From a cyanobacterium endosymbiont of Rhopalodia gibba (GTDB taxonomy: Bacteria; Cyanobacteriota; Cyanobacteriia; Cyanobacteriales; Microcystaceae): a DNA stretch of 64,000 nt. This document shows, piece after piece, positions 48,981 through 61,191 of the stretch (position 1 is the stretch's first letter; every line of letters begins with the position of its first letter). A program made the translations under genes and the position numbers. Below the pieces are notes generated by a model, which saw only the letters and a list, made by a program, of their open reading frames with translations, ran no database searches and was not told the origin of the DNA. The DNA is taken from the NCBI GenBank assembly GCA_045159875.1, contig CP067995.1, positions 480,001-544,000 on the forward strand, read 5' to 3'.

Positions 48981-50099
48981 ATGAACACAGGAATCGACTT
49001 ACAAGGCAGTTTTATTCAATCTCTCAAACAAATGGGACTTTCTAATGGGCTAGCCAAAGCCTTCTGGATTCCCTTGCCCTCATTTTTAATGATTATTACA
49101 GCTACCGTCGGCGTATTAGTAGTAGTATGGTTAGAACGGAAAATTTCTGCCGCCGCTCAACAACGTATTGGACCTGAATATGCAGGTCCTTTAGGGGTTC
49201 TTCAACCTGTAGCTGATGGCATTAAATTGGTATTTAAAGAAGACATCATCCCCGCTAAAGCAGACCCCTTGTTATTTACCCTAGGTCCAGTGTTAGTGGT
49301 ACTTCCAGTGTTTGTTTCTTACCTAATTGTCCCTTTTGGAGAAAATTTGGTGATTACAGACCTAAATGTGGGGATTTTCCTCTGGATTGCCTTAGCCAGT
49401 ATTACCCCCATTGGCTTATTAATGTCGGGATATTCTTCTAATAACAAATATTCCCTTCTTGGAGGGTTAAGGGCAGCAGCGCAGTCCATTAGTTATGAAA
49501 TTCCCTTGGCTTTATCCGTTTTAGCGATTGTCATGATGTCCAATAGTCTCAGCACTATTGACATTGTGCAGCAACAGTCAGGATATGGCATTTTAGGCTG
49601 GAATATTTGGCGGCAACCGGTAGGATGTATTATCTTTTGGATTGCAGCGTTGGCTGAATGTGAACGACTTCCTTTTGACCTTCCTGAAGCAGAAGAAGAA
49701 ATTGTGGCAGGGTATCAGACTGAATATTCAGGGATGAAGTTTGGTTTATTTTATGTAGGCTCATACGTCAACTTAGTGTTGTCGGCTTTGGTTTTTACAA
49801 TTCTTTACTTAGGGGGGTGGGAATTTCCAGTCCCTCTTGAGAAACTAGCAGGTTGGATTGGGGTAAACGAGACAAATTCCTGGTTCCAGGTGATTACCGC
49901 TTCCTTGGGAATCATGATGACCGCACTTAAAGCCTATCTCTTGATTTTCCTCGCTATTTTAATACGCTGGACGGTTCCCCGGGTTCGTATTGACCAATTA
50001 TTGGATTTAGGTTGGAAATTCTTACTTCCTGTTTCTTTGGTTAACCTTTTATTCACGGCAGCCCTAAAACTTGCCTTTCCTGTCGCTTTTGGCGGCTAA
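48981..50099 (+). CDS. ndhA: NDH-1 subunit A (NuoH)
   Basis: [14 protein letters not shown] and [12 protein letters not shown] motifs. Confidence 0.98.
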   Translation: MNTGIDLQGSFIQSLKQMGLSNGLAKAFWIPLPSFLMIITATVGVLVVVWLERKISAAAQQRIGPEYAGPLGVLQPVADGIKLVFKEDIIPAKADPLLFTLGPVLVVLPVFVSYLIVPFGENLVITDLNVGIFLWIALASITPIGLLMSGYSSNNKYSLLGGLRAAAQSISYEIPLALSVLAIVMMSNSLSTIDIVQQQSGYGILGWNIWRQPVGCIIFWIAALAECERLPFDLPEAEEEIVAGYQTEYSGMKFGLFYVGSYVNLVLSALVFTILYLGGWEFPVPLEKLAGWIGVNETNSWFQVITASLGIMMTALKAYLLIFLAILIRWTVPRVRIDQLLDLGWKFLLPVSLVNLLFTAALKLAFPVAFGG

Positions 50100-50135
50100 T
50101 CTCTTTTTTTGTTAAGAACTTACCAATCAAGTGTC

Positions 50136-50717
50136 ATGTTTAACCTACTCAAACAAGTCAGCGATTACGCTAAAGGGAGTGTTGAAGCGGCTAGATATAT
50201 TGGTCAAGGGCTATCTGTTACCTTTGACCATATGTGTCGCCGTCCGGTTACGGTACAATACCCCTATGAAAAACTTATTCCCTCAGAACGATTTCGGGGA
50301 AGAATTCACTTTGAATTTGATAAGTGTATTGCTTGTGAAGTCTGTGTTCGGGTATGTCCAATTAACCTCCCGGTAGTAGATTGGGAATTCAACAAAACTG
50401 TTAAGAAGAAAGAACTCAAACACTACAGTATCGATTTTGGGGTTTGCATTTTTTGCGGTAATTGTGTTGAGTATTGTCCCACCAATTGCCTATCCATGAC
50501 GGAAGAATATGAACTAGCGACCTACGACCGTCACGAACTCAATTATGATAATGTTGCCCTTGGACGGTTGCCTTATAAAGTAACCCAAGATTCAATGGTA
50601 ACTCCCTTACGAGAGTTAGTATATCTACCTAAAGGGGTATTTGACCCTCATGATTTACCCTCAGGAAGTCAACGGGCAGGAAAGCGTCCTGAAGAAATTG
50701 TAAAAGAGAGCGAGTAA
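50136..50717 (+). CDS. ndhI: NDH-1 subunit I (2x[4Fe-4S])
   Basis: [12 protein letters not shown] and [15 protein letters not shown] at 50136. Confidence 0.98.
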   Translation: MFNLLKQVSDYAKGSVEAARYIGQGLSVTFDHMCRRPVTVQYPYEKLIPSERFRGRIHFEFDKCIACEVCVRVCPINLPVVDWEFNKTVKKKELKHYSIDFGVCIFCGNCVEYCPTNCLSMTEEYELATYDRHELNYDNVALGRLPYKVTQDSMVTPLRELVYLPKGVFDPHDLPSGSQRAGKRPEEIVKESE

Positions 50718-50722
50718 AATAG

Positions 50723-50763
50723 TTGATAGTTAATAGTACAAAAATAACACTATTAACTATCAA
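50723..50763. repeat. Intercistronic stem-loop between ndhI and ndhG
   Basis: 15-bp arms ttgatagttaatagt / actattaactatcaa built from heptamer-like units. Confidence 0.7.
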
Positions 50764-50797
50764 TTAAACTGAACTAAATCAAGGAGAATTAACAGTA

Positions 50798-51424
50798 GTG
50801 AATTTAGCGGAAGGCATTCAAATTGTTTCCTTTGCTATTTTAGCAACAATGGTTATTGGGACATCCCTAGGGGTTGTTTTACTCTCAAACATTGTTTACT
50901 CTGCCTTTTTGTTGGGGGGAGTTTTTATCAGTATTGCTGGTATTTATATTCTGCTAAATGCTGATTTTGTGGCAGTGGCTCAAGTCTTAATTTATGTTGG
51001 GGCTATTAATGTCTTAATTTTGTTTGCCATTATGTTGGTCAACAAGCGAGAAAACTTTTCTACTTTACCCAGATATTGGATACGTAAAGGCTTAACTGCT
51101 TTAATTTGTGGGGGGATCTTTGTCTTATTAACAACCATGATTTTTGTTACTCCGTGGTCAATTAATTCCTCTTCTTCTCAGGTTATTGATAATACAATTG
51201 TCGAGATTGGCAAACATTTATTTAGCGATTTTTTGCTTCCCTTTGAATTGGCATCTGTGTTGCTTTTGATTGCGATGGTAGGGGCCATTATTCTAGCTCG
51301 TCGTGATACAATTCCAAAACTCTTGGCCTCTCAAGAAGAAATTGAGACAGCCTTAGAATTACCCGAACGTCCTAGTGAGTTAGAAGTTCGAGAATTAGCC
51401 TTATCTAAAGAACGTAAACAGTAA
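50798..51424 (+). CDS. ndhG: NDH-1 subunit G (NuoJ)
   Basis: [20 protein letters not shown] and [11 protein letters not shown] motifs. Confidence 0.97.
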   Translation: MNLAEGIQIVSFAILATMVIGTSLGVVLLSNIVYSAFLLGGVFISIAGIYILLNADFVAVAQVLIYVGAINVLILFAIMLVNKRENFSTLPRYWIRKGLTALICGGIFVLLTTMIFVTPWSINSSSSQVIDNTIVEIGKHLFSDFLLPFELASVLLLIAMVGAIILARRDTIPKLLASQEEIETALELPERPSELEVRELALSKERKQ

Positions 51425-51455
51425 ATTAGTCATCAGTAATCTTTCAACAAAAATT

Positions 51456-51767
51456 ATGCAACTACAATTAGAATTTTGCTTACTATTAGCTGCTTCTCTA
51501 TTCTGTATTGGCATTTATGGTTTAGTGACTAGTCGCAATGCAATTCGCATTTTAATGTCCATTGAACTATTACTCAATGCAGTTAATTTGAACCTTATGG
51601 GATTTTCAAATTTCTCCGATTCCGTGGGAATTAAAGGTCAAGTTTTTACGGTGTTTGTGATTACTGTTGCGGCTGCTGAAGCAGCTGTTGGGTTGGCGAT
51701 TGTTTTGGCTATCTATCGCAATCGTGACACCATTGATATGGAACAGTTTAATCTTCTCAAATGGTAA
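51456..51767 (+). CDS. ndhE: NDH-1 subunit E (NuoK)
   Basis: [30 protein letters not shown] motifs. Confidence 0.98.
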   Translation: MQLQLEFCLLLAASLFCIGIYGLVTSRNAIRILMSIELLLNAVNLNLMGFSNFSDSVGIKGQVFTVFVITVAAAEAAVGLAIVLAIYRNRDTIDMEQFNLLKW

Positions 51768-51776
51768 AAACTTGTT

Positions 51777-52361
51777 TTATTTTACCTTAGATTTTCCCGA
51801 ACCAGATGAACGTCTCCGTCGGGAATTTTTTTTGTTTTTGGTTCGCTTAGGCGTTTGTCTCTGATACTTTTTTATCGCTGATCCGATGTAATCACTGATG
51901 GTGTGACTCATTGCTCCTAATTCTAATCCTACTCCCAAGACGATCACTTCTTGGGAATATCTAGTGGTCATTAATTGTATGACCTTGTGGATAAACTGTT
52001 GCAAACTCCACTCAAACCTCCAAATCAACTGGACGATCACTACCCCAATGATGGCTACTAACATTAAAATGATAAAAAGATACAACAAACGTAGAATGGT
52101 CCCAATCAAAAATCCATGAGAGAATAGAGAACGATGTCTGATGAGATATCGGTAGGGAAGCCATATCCCTCGAATAATTCCCCACCTTTTGTATTGAATC
52201 GAGTGAATATCAAGATCAGGACCGAACATTAATCCACTGAAGAGATAAGACACTACGATTAATAACGTTAGTCTCCTATCACCACTGAAGAAATAGGTAA
52301 ATCCAACCAGTAGGGGTAAACTACAAAACGTAATGTGATCATGAGTACGGCCAGAAGGCAT
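51777..52361 (-). CDS. DUF2227 putative metal-binding membrane protein
   Basis: MPSGRTHD, GPDLD, HRS..SHG, SHTISD motifs. Confidence 0.88.
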   Translation of the reverse strand: MPSGRTHDHITFCSLPLLVGFTYFFSGDRRLTLLIVVSYLFSGLMFGPDLDIHSIQYKRWGIIRGIWLPYRYLIRHRSLFSHGFLIGTILRLLYLFIILMLVAIIGVVIVQLIWRFEWSLQQFIHKVIQLMTTRYSQEVIVLGVGLELGAMSHTISDYIGSAIKKYQRQTPKRTKNKKNSRRRRSSGSGKSKVK

Positions 52362-52426
52362 AAAGAAAATCTATTTTTGTTGTTTAATCGTCAAAAGATA
52401 TGTTATCATCTCGTAAGAGTAAGTTG

Positions 52427-52498
52427 GGGCGATTAGCTCAGCGGTAGAGCTCCTGCCTTACAAGCAGGCTGCCACTGGTTCAAATCCAGTATCGCCCA
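52427..52498 (+). tRNA. trnV: tRNA-Val(UAC)
   Basis: GGGCGAT/ATCGCCC acceptor stem, anticodon arm CCTGC-CTTACAA-GCAGG, GGTTCAAATCC T-arm; CCA not encoded. Confidence 0.97.
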
Positions 52499-53029
52499 TC
52501 TCTTTGACTGGTGAGACTCTTTCTGTAAGAAGAGCATCTTTTCTTTAAGATACTTGATACATTTATATGTTGTGTGGACGGAGCGTCTGCAAATTTTTAT
52601 CAGCCACCCACTAGTTTGTTTTTAGGTTGAGTGATTAAGACTGTGAAAATTGTAACTTAGCTTTAGTAGATTCATCTTTTTTTATATGAGTAAAAACTAA
52701 GTTAGAAAGAGTATAAACAAAAAAATATCAATAAATTTTAGAAATTTATTACATTCCGTCAACAAAAACAAAAGTTTAATTTGTTGAAAATTTTTGATTG
52801 CTTATCCGGTACGCTTGTGGAAGAGAAAACGAGCAAGTCTGCGTTGTCGTGCAGTGTATGTAGTAAAATCCGCGAGGACAGCCAACTCACTACGTTTTAT
52901 TTTATCTACTTTGATCTACTTAAAAACCTATTAGGGAAAAAATGCTTGTTAAGCTGATTATGCGAGGGGAAAGTGCAAAGATCTAGATCAAACTTTTATT
53001 TTTACTCTTAACTCATATCTTGGCGCTGC

Positions 53030-54373
<1,344 letters not shown>

Positions 54374-54641
54374 TAACTTTTTTTAAAAAAAGCAATTTAA
54401 CTTTCTCAGTTTATAGTACTACTTAATTGAGACGACCAAAAAAGTTGATCTACGTAAGATATTCAAGAAAGTTAAGCTTTCTTGAATATCTCTGGCTAAG
54501 TTCAATAAAAATCGGTGATTTTAAAAAAGTAGGATATAATTTATATAGAGTGGTGTCTATCTTTATCAGCAAAATTATATTCAGTTAGAAAATGATCCTG
54601 AAAACTCATATTTGAATAATTCAAAATATAAACTATAATTT

Positions 54642-54938
54642 GTGACTATGAATGTTACCATCATAAGTTGTGTGTTGGGTATATTTTTTGCTTTAATGAC
54701 CTTTTTATTTATCATAAGAATCATTCTAACTTGGTATCCTCAAATAGAATTGAATCGTTTTCCTTGGACATTAATTATTTTTCCTACGGAACCGTTATTA
54801 ACTCCTGTTCGTAAGGTCATTCCTCCCTTAGGTGGCGTGGATATTAGCCCGATTATTTTGGTAGGGATTTTTAGTTTATTACGAGAAATTTTACTAGGAC
54901 AGCAAGGATTAATTACGATGATTTTATCAACTCATTAG
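54642..54938 (+). CDS. YggT family membrane protein (CCB3-like)
   Basis: RIILTWYP..PTEPLL.PVRKVIPPLGGVDISPI motif. Confidence 0.9.
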   Translation: MTMNVTIISCVLGIFFALMTFLFIIRIILTWYPQIELNRFPWTLIIFPTEPLLTPVRKVIPPLGGVDISPIILVGIFSLLREILLGQQGLITMILSTH

Positions 54939-55063
54939 ACAAATAGTATTTCTTGTGTAGTAGGCTACTAAAAGCTTCGGTTTTAAATGGTTTTTCTAGT
55001 TCAGTTATACCAACAAAACTTGTTACAATAGTTTTTTTTTGATGTCACTAGCCTCTTGCTCCT

Positions 55064-57061
55064 ATGCCTGAATTTACTGTATCACCAGTTGTTGAGTCTC
55101 CAGATTTGATTACCATTCAAGCCCAACCCATTCATATTCCCCAAAGCCATGGTGAAGATTTAGGTCCCATTAGCGATTTTTCCTCTGAAAGTTGGAGTTA
55201 TCACCCAGAAAGTATCGAGAAGTATTACAATAAACGTTTTTTAGTAGTTTTACATCGGTTGATTAGTATTGTTTCACAGTCTTCCTGGTTTTTTTTAGGT
55301 TTATGGTGGGATAAGTTAAGAAGGATCAAGCCTAAAGATAATCGCAAACGGGCAATCCAGTTGCGGGAAATACTGACCAAATTAGGACCTGCTTACATTA
55401 AGATTGGACAGGCTCTTTCGACACGTCCTGATTTAGTTCCCCCCAATTATGTTGATGAATTAACCTCCTTACAAGATCATATTCCTTCTTTCCCTAATGA
55501 GGTTGCCTACCGTTTTATAGAAGAAGAATTAGGAGAATCTCCAGAAGCGATTTACGCAGAAATTTCTCCCCAACCCTTGGCTGCAGCTTCTTTAGGGCAA
55601 GTGTATAAAGGAAAATTAAAAAATGGAGAAAAAGTAGCCATAAAGGTGCAGCGTCCTGATTTAATTCGACGCATAACATTAGATATTTATCTAATGCGAA
55701 ATCTAGCCAGTTGGGCGCAGCAAGTATTCAAATTTATTCGCTCAGATTTGGTTTCTATTACAGATGAATTAGCCAGTCGTATTTTTGAAGAAATTAACTA
55801 CATTCAAGAAGGAAAAAATGCCGAAAAATTTGCCGAATTTTATGGACATTTACCTGAAATTTATGTACCTAAAATTTACTGGAAGTATACGGGAAGACGC
55901 GTTTTAACCATGGAATGGATAGAAGGAACGAAGTTAACCGATATTCAAAAAGTTCAAGCCAAAGGAATTAATGCAACTCATCTGGTAGAAGTTGGTGTTC
56001 AATGTTCTTTGCGTCAGTTGTTAGAATATGGTTTCTTCCATGCTGATCCTCATCCAGGAAACTTATTAGCTATGGATAATGGGCAATTAGCTTATCTGGA
56101 TTTTGGTATGATGAGTCACATCAAGCCCTATCAACGTTATGGTCTAATTGAGGCAGTTGTCCACCTAGTTAATCGTGATTTTGAATCATTAGCTCATGAT
56201 TATGTTAAGCTAGACTTCCTTCAACCCGATACAGATTTATCTCTAATTATTCCGGCTTTAAGTCAAGTTTTTGGCAATGCTTTGGGAGCAAGTGTTGCTG
56301 AGTTAAACTTCAAGAGTATTACTGATCAGATGTCTGCAATGATGTACGAGTTTCCTTTTCGTGTTCCTGCTTATTATGCTTTGATTATTCGATCAATGGT
56401 AACATTAGAAGGAATTGCAATTGGCATTGATCCTAACTTTAAAGTCCTCAGCAAAGCTTATCCTTATGTTGCAAAACGACTCCTAACTGATCCATCTCAA
56501 GAATTACAAACTTCCCTCAAAAATTTATTATTTCAAAATGGGAATTTTCGATGGAATCGTTTAGAAAATTTATTAAGAAATGCTAAAGATTCTCAGGACT
56601 ATGATATTGATAGAGTTCTCAATCAAGCTACTGAGTTTCTCTTCTCTGAACGAGGATTATTTATTCGGGAATATCTTATTGATGAAGCAATTCATGCTGC
56701 CGATTCATTGGGTCGTCGAACCTGGTTTACTGCTTCTACAATAGTGAGAAAACAAGTAGGCTTAGCTGCTCAAGAAATTCCTTCAGACTTAAAAAACAAT
56801 GGTCAAACAACAGAACATTTAAAAAATATTTTAAAAATCCTTCAGGACACCCCAGGATTCGACCCCATGCACCTCGTTCCCATAGCTACAAAACTATTAG
56901 TTAAACCAGAAATTCAACAGATGGGACAAAAAATTGTTGAAGGGTTGATGCAAAAAGCAGTTGCTCGTCTAATTCACAATTTACTTCTAGAGTTGGATAA
57001 ACCTCAAGACAGGAAAAGTTCTGTATCTTCAACTAAAAAATCTTTACCTGTAGCCTCTTAG
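55064..57061 (+). CDS. ABC1/UbiB/AarF kinase family protein
   Basis: KIGQALSTRPD, AAASLGQVY, VAIKVQRP, HADPHPGN, DFG motifs. Confidence 0.95.
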   Translation: MPEFTVSPVVESPDLITIQAQPIHIPQSHGEDLGPISDFSSESWSYHPESIEKYYNKRFLVVLHRLISIVSQSSWFFLGLWWDKLRRIKPKDNRKRAIQLREILTKLGPAYIKIGQALSTRPDLVPPNYVDELTSLQDHIPSFPNEVAYRFIEEELGESPEAIYAEISPQPLAAASLGQVYKGKLKNGEKVAIKVQRPDLIRRITLDIYLMRNLASWAQQVFKFIRSDLVSITDELASRIFEEINYIQEGKNAEKFAEFYGHLPEIYVPKIYWKYTGRRVLTMEWIEGTKLTDIQKVQAKGINATHLVEVGVQCSLRQLLEYGFFHADPHPGNLLAMDNGQLAYLDFGMMSHIKPYQRYGLIEAVVHLVNRDFESLAHDYVKLDFLQPDTDLSLIIPALSQVFGNALGASVAELNFKSITDQMSAMMYEFPFRVPAYYALIIRSMVTLEGIAIGIDPNFKVLSKAYPYVAKRLLTDPSQELQTSLKNLLFQNGNFRWNRLENLLRNAKDSQDYDIDRVLNQATEFLFSERGLFIREYLIDEAIHAADSLGRRTWFTASTIVRKQVGLAAQEIPSDLKNNGQTTEHLKNILKILQDTPGFDPMHLVPIATKLLVKPEIQQMGQKIVEGLMQKAVARLIHNLLLELDKPQDRKSSVSSTKKSLPVAS

Positions 57062-57229
57062 AGATTTTAGGTAAAGTAGATTTCTAAAATAACTGTCAGA
57101 ACGTATTTAGTTTATTTAACGCGCTTCAGTCGTTTATGACTACTAAATTTAGATGTAAAACTTGAATTTTTTTGAATTATACAAATAATTAAAAAATTAG
57201 GAGCAATAGAGTCGCTATAATCTATGATT

Positions 57230-58320
57230 ATGCTAGATACTGTTGTGAAAACTTAGTTATAATAAGAAGGAAACAATCTAAATTGAAACGATATCTAAAA
57301 AAACTTATTTAGCTTTGTAATTTAGTTCAATTAAACTAAAAAGTAAGCACTTGAGAGGCAAAGATTTTGTAGGGTTGAGAAGATAGTATTTACCTTAGAA
57401 AGTATCTCAGGGACAGGCTCTCAAAAATAGTGTGGTCGCTGCAGCAATAAATTTAATCATAGCGAAGAAATTCTGAACAAATATAATTAAAGAGGAGAAA
57501 AAAATATCTATTAACTGATAAGCTACTTTAAAAAAGTGACTCAAAAATTAAAATTAAGGCCAGCACATAGGCGAATATAGAGAGGACTAAAAGTAGCCCG
57601 TTAGATAGAAAAATAAAACTTTATTGAAAAAGTTGTAGACCAAAAAGTATGAGATGACTTGAAAAAGTTTAGCGATTTCTGTTAGAGTCTAAGAGCATAA
57701 CGAAGAAATAAAAACCCTTTTTTTTAAAAAAAATTAAAAATCCACTTTTAAAAATCTAAAAGCTAGGAAAAAATATCTAAAAAATGAGATAGATATGTGT
57801 ATTTTTTATGCATCTAGAGTGGGATTGAAACCAATCAAAAAAAAGTATCAAGTCTCGCACAAGAGCAACTGTTATAGGAAATTAGGGCTATGAATGGTCG
57901 GTGATACGTCTATGGATTTATCAAACTACTAAAGAGAGCAACTTTATCAAATCAAATCCTAAGAGGGAACCTAAAATGGCTAAATTTAGTTGATAAACAT
58001 TTAGCTAAAGATGTAGGGCTATCTAAAAAAAAATATTAATAGAAGATAATAACAGATGACATGGTAGCAAAAAAATAAAAATAATTTTAGAAATTACTAG
58101 TAAATCTTTGGAAGCTTAATCTCTAGAATTAGCCCCAGCCAAAATATGATGGACATTATGTAGATGAGCCTTGATTTAATGGGTATTTTAACGATAAAGT
58201 TGTTATGTTAAAAAAGTATTGTTTAGCCATTTTAATATATTCAGTTAAATAAAAAAAATAATTGATGATTTAACCAATAATAATGAGTTAAATTGACTGT
58301 GTTTTTTTAGCATGGTATAT
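57230..58320 (+). mobile_element. IS630-family element, decayed (copy 2)
   Basis: FYASRVGLKPIKK and LELAPAKI*WTL fragments; shares blocks with 24300-25245 (e.g. atggctaaatttagttgataaacattt). Confidence 0.75.
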
Positions 58321-58439
58321 CCATCGTATTTAGTATAAAATCTTGTCTCGACCTATAAAATCCCTAATTTTACATAGTTGCTTTAGGACTTTGTGGTTAC
58401 ATTTAGTAATTCAATAAGTTATTTAAAATTTAGAGAATT

Positions 58440-58790
58440 AACTTTTCCTAACTTTGTTTGAACCTTAATTGTCTCGGCAAAATAAAAGATAATATCAAGC
58501 GATATCGTTTTTTTAAACAAATTCAATACTTTGACTTTAAACGATCATCTCTTTTTCCTTTATCCATAGGCTTTCAAACGACTGGTGCTCTCTTTTTTTG
58601 ATTGGAACTTAATCTATTTTTAACTATTTCTAATCATGAAACTTAATTCCTGGTTACGAGATAAATCGTCAAACGTCTCGAATAGATAATCACAGCTAAA
58701 ATATTGGGATTCAGGGATCAAATACTGAGTATAGATGTTTGAAATGATACTCAGCCGTAGATTTATTCGTAATAGTTTTAATAGCTATTT
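58440..58790 (-). mobile_element. IS701-like transposase remnant with internal deletion (copy 2)
   Basis: ITNKSTAE..NIYTQYLIPESQYFSCDYLFETFDDLS (N-terminus) runs directly into QELSFMIRN..KVKVL..FKK (C-terminal part). Confidence 0.55.
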
Positions 58791-59036
58791 TATATTTTGA
58801 CAACCTCCCCTACTTTATAAGTTTTCTGCTCTTTATTTTTAGCGAGAGCTTAATGTTTTTAAGATAAATTATATTTAAGCTCATCTATACAATACGCAAC
58901 TTTTATAAGCCAAACTAGGAAAAAATAGCTCATCAATATCTTGACCTTGCTTAGATAACTTAGGGAAAAAGCCAGGAATTTGCCTAGCTTTTTGATGAAT
59001 ATTCTTGAGTAGAAACTTCAGAAGTTACACTATTTT

Positions 59037-59192
59037 TTAACATTCATCATCCTTGTCTCCTCCACAATCATTGTTAGTAATTACATTTCCAGGCATAATA
59101 TGAGGGATGGCGAATGCTATGGTTTCTATGCCAATAATGGTGAGTAAGACGATGACGGTTCCTAAAGCTAATTGACATTTGATAGGTTTCAT
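59037..59192 (-). CDS. 51-aa putative secreted peptide with a C-terminal Cys pair
   Basis: MKPIKCQLALGTVIVLLTIIGIETIAFAIPHIMPGNVITNNDCGGDKDDEC*; AGGAG RBS 10 nt upstream; basic N-region, hydrophobic core, AFA cleavage motif. Confidence 0.7.
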   Translation of the reverse strand: MKPIKCQLALGTVIVLLTIIGIETIAFAIPHIMPGNVITNNDCGGDKDDEC

Positions 59193-59437
59193 AGTTAATT
59201 GTCTCCTGGTCATTCACACCAATTTAGTTAGTTTTAAGGATCTTTAATCCTCCACTTTTAGGATAAAACGCCTTACATTGAATGTCAGTCCCACAGTTAA
59301 ATTTTAAGGCTGAGCAACATGGAAGTAAAGCGAAAATAGTAGAATTGGGAATAAGTATGTATTGAAAATCACACTTGATATTAACGGTCATTGTTGCCAG
59401 TGTAAATGCTAGATTTAATATTCTTAAGGCAATCGCC

Positions 59438-60808
59438 ATGAAACCAAAAGGCTGGGATCAATTCCTCAAAGAAGTAGCCATCGATCAAAATCTAAAAGGA
59501 AGACTTCGAGAAATCTTTTTAGTTCGGTTTGCTTATGAAAATTGGCGTAAACCAGATACAGAGGTTTGGGAACTAGCTGAAGCAGCCAGTCATGAGACAT
59601 ACAAAAAACAAATGACCGAACTCTACAGTTGTTTTGCCAATGATCAGCCTAATGGTTGCCCTGAATTGGATCCTCGTAGTAAAGGTCCTGGGAAGTTCCA
59701 AGTTTTACGAGAATGGCTCAAAGATATTAAATATCCTGATTGGAAACAAGCATCAGCAATGCCAAGCTTTTCAAGTCTTCCGATGATTGATCTCCAAATG
59801 CACATAAAAGTTGACTCTCCTATTTATATTCAACGTCCTCCGGTTGAAGTAGATAGTTGCCAAGAAATTCTTAAACCGGGTGCTTTAATTAGGATTAAAG
59901 CACCCGAAAAAATGGGGAAAACATCTCTTCTTAATACTATTCTCGTCTATGCTGAAGCTTATAACTGTCGCAAAGTGTATCTTAATCTCCGTGGTGCAGA
60001 AGGGGCAATGTTTACCACCTTAGATAAATTTCTTCGCTGGTTTTGTGCGAACATTAGTAGAGAGTTAGGCATTAAGCCTGAACTTGATGATTATTGGGAT
60101 GAGGAATTATTTGGTAGTTTAGTAAGTTGTAAAACTTATTTTCAAAGTTATTTATTAAAACAGATTGACCACCCTATAGCGTTAGGTTTAGACAATCTTG
60201 ATCGTATCTTTGAATATCCCGATATTGCTAAAGATTTTTTACCTATGCTTCGCTATTGGCATGAAGAAGCTAACAATTTAGAAATTTGGCAAAATCTTCG
60301 TTTAGTGATTGCTAATTCTACAGAGGTTTATATCAAACTTGACGCCAATCAATCTCCTTTTAATGTAGGAAGACAGGTTAAATTACCTGGGTTTAAGCTA
60401 GAACAAGTATTAACTTTAGCTAAATATTATGGATTGAGCTGGTCAGAAGATAAAAAACAACAAGAGTTTGCCAAATATTTAATTGAAATGGTAGGAGGAC
60501 ATCCCTATTTAATTCGTCTTGCTTTTGATGCCCTTACCTATAAGAATATTCCTCAAAATAAGCTCTTAGAAGAAGCCTCGACCCAAGGAGGAATTTACGG
60601 GTCGCATTTACGCCGTCATTGGAATAATTTACAATCTTCTCCTGAATTAGCTGAGGCTATGAAACAAGTGGTTAAAACTGAAATGGGAGTACAGTTAGAA
60701 CCATCTATAGCTTATAAATTAGAGAGTATGGGACTAATTAATTTAGTAGGAGATGAAGCTCAGCCCAGTTGCAAGCTGTATCATAGCTATTTTATGGATA
60801 ATCTTTAA
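59438..60808 (+). CDS. AAA-like (AAA_35, STAND-type) NTPase with an uncharacterised N-terminal domain
   Basis: YIQRPPVE, IKAPEKMGKTSLL (Walker A), LGLDNLD (Walker B), NQSPFNVG, VGGHPYL; ATG at 59438; no C-terminal repeat sensor. Confidence 0.88.
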   Translation: MKPKGWDQFLKEVAIDQNLKGRLREIFLVRFAYENWRKPDTEVWELAEAASHETYKKQMTELYSCFANDQPNGCPELDPRSKGPGKFQVLREWLKDIKYPDWKQASAMPSFSSLPMIDLQMHIKVDSPIYIQRPPVEVDSCQEILKPGALIRIKAPEKMGKTSLLNTILVYAEAYNCRKVYLNLRGAEGAMFTTLDKFLRWFCANISRELGIKPELDDYWDEELFGSLVSCKTYFQSYLLKQIDHPIALGLDNLDRIFEYPDIAKDFLPMLRYWHEEANNLEIWQNLRLVIANSTEVYIKLDANQSPFNVGRQVKLPGFKLEQVLTLAKYYGLSWSEDKKQQEFAKYLIEMVGGHPYLIRLAFDALTYKNIPQNKLLEEASTQGGIYGSHLRRHWNNLQSSPELAEAMKQVVKTEMGVQLEPSIAYKLESMGLINLVGDEAQPSCKLYHSYFMDNL

Positions 60809-61191
60809 ACTCTAATTTTATTGAATGGTGTCAGTTTATTTTTCTGCTTCTTCTAATGCTCGATACAAATACCAACTCTTTCTAAATTTTAAGCTTTTTA
60901 AAAGGTTATTTTTCTTCTCACTTATACTCCCCCTCTTTAGAGGATATATTGATAGTTCCTTGTCGTTAGAATTTTAATAATTTAAAGGATTTTGTGACAA
61001 TCTATCCCTGAAACTAACAAAAGAGATACTCCTAAAAATCCTAAATTAATTAAATTGTATAGATGGATAAGTTCACTCAAAGTAAGACATTTAAATTATT
61101 AAGTTAATCTTTTTAAGATTAACTTAATACCAAGTGGTTTATTTGTAAAATTAGTTACCAATTAGTGAGATTAATCATCAGGTTTAAATTA

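Noticed and set aside
59037..59192. PatS/PatX-like identity for the small peptide
   Set aside because: It lacks the RG(S/T)GR motif, and there is no hetR/hetZ context in the window.
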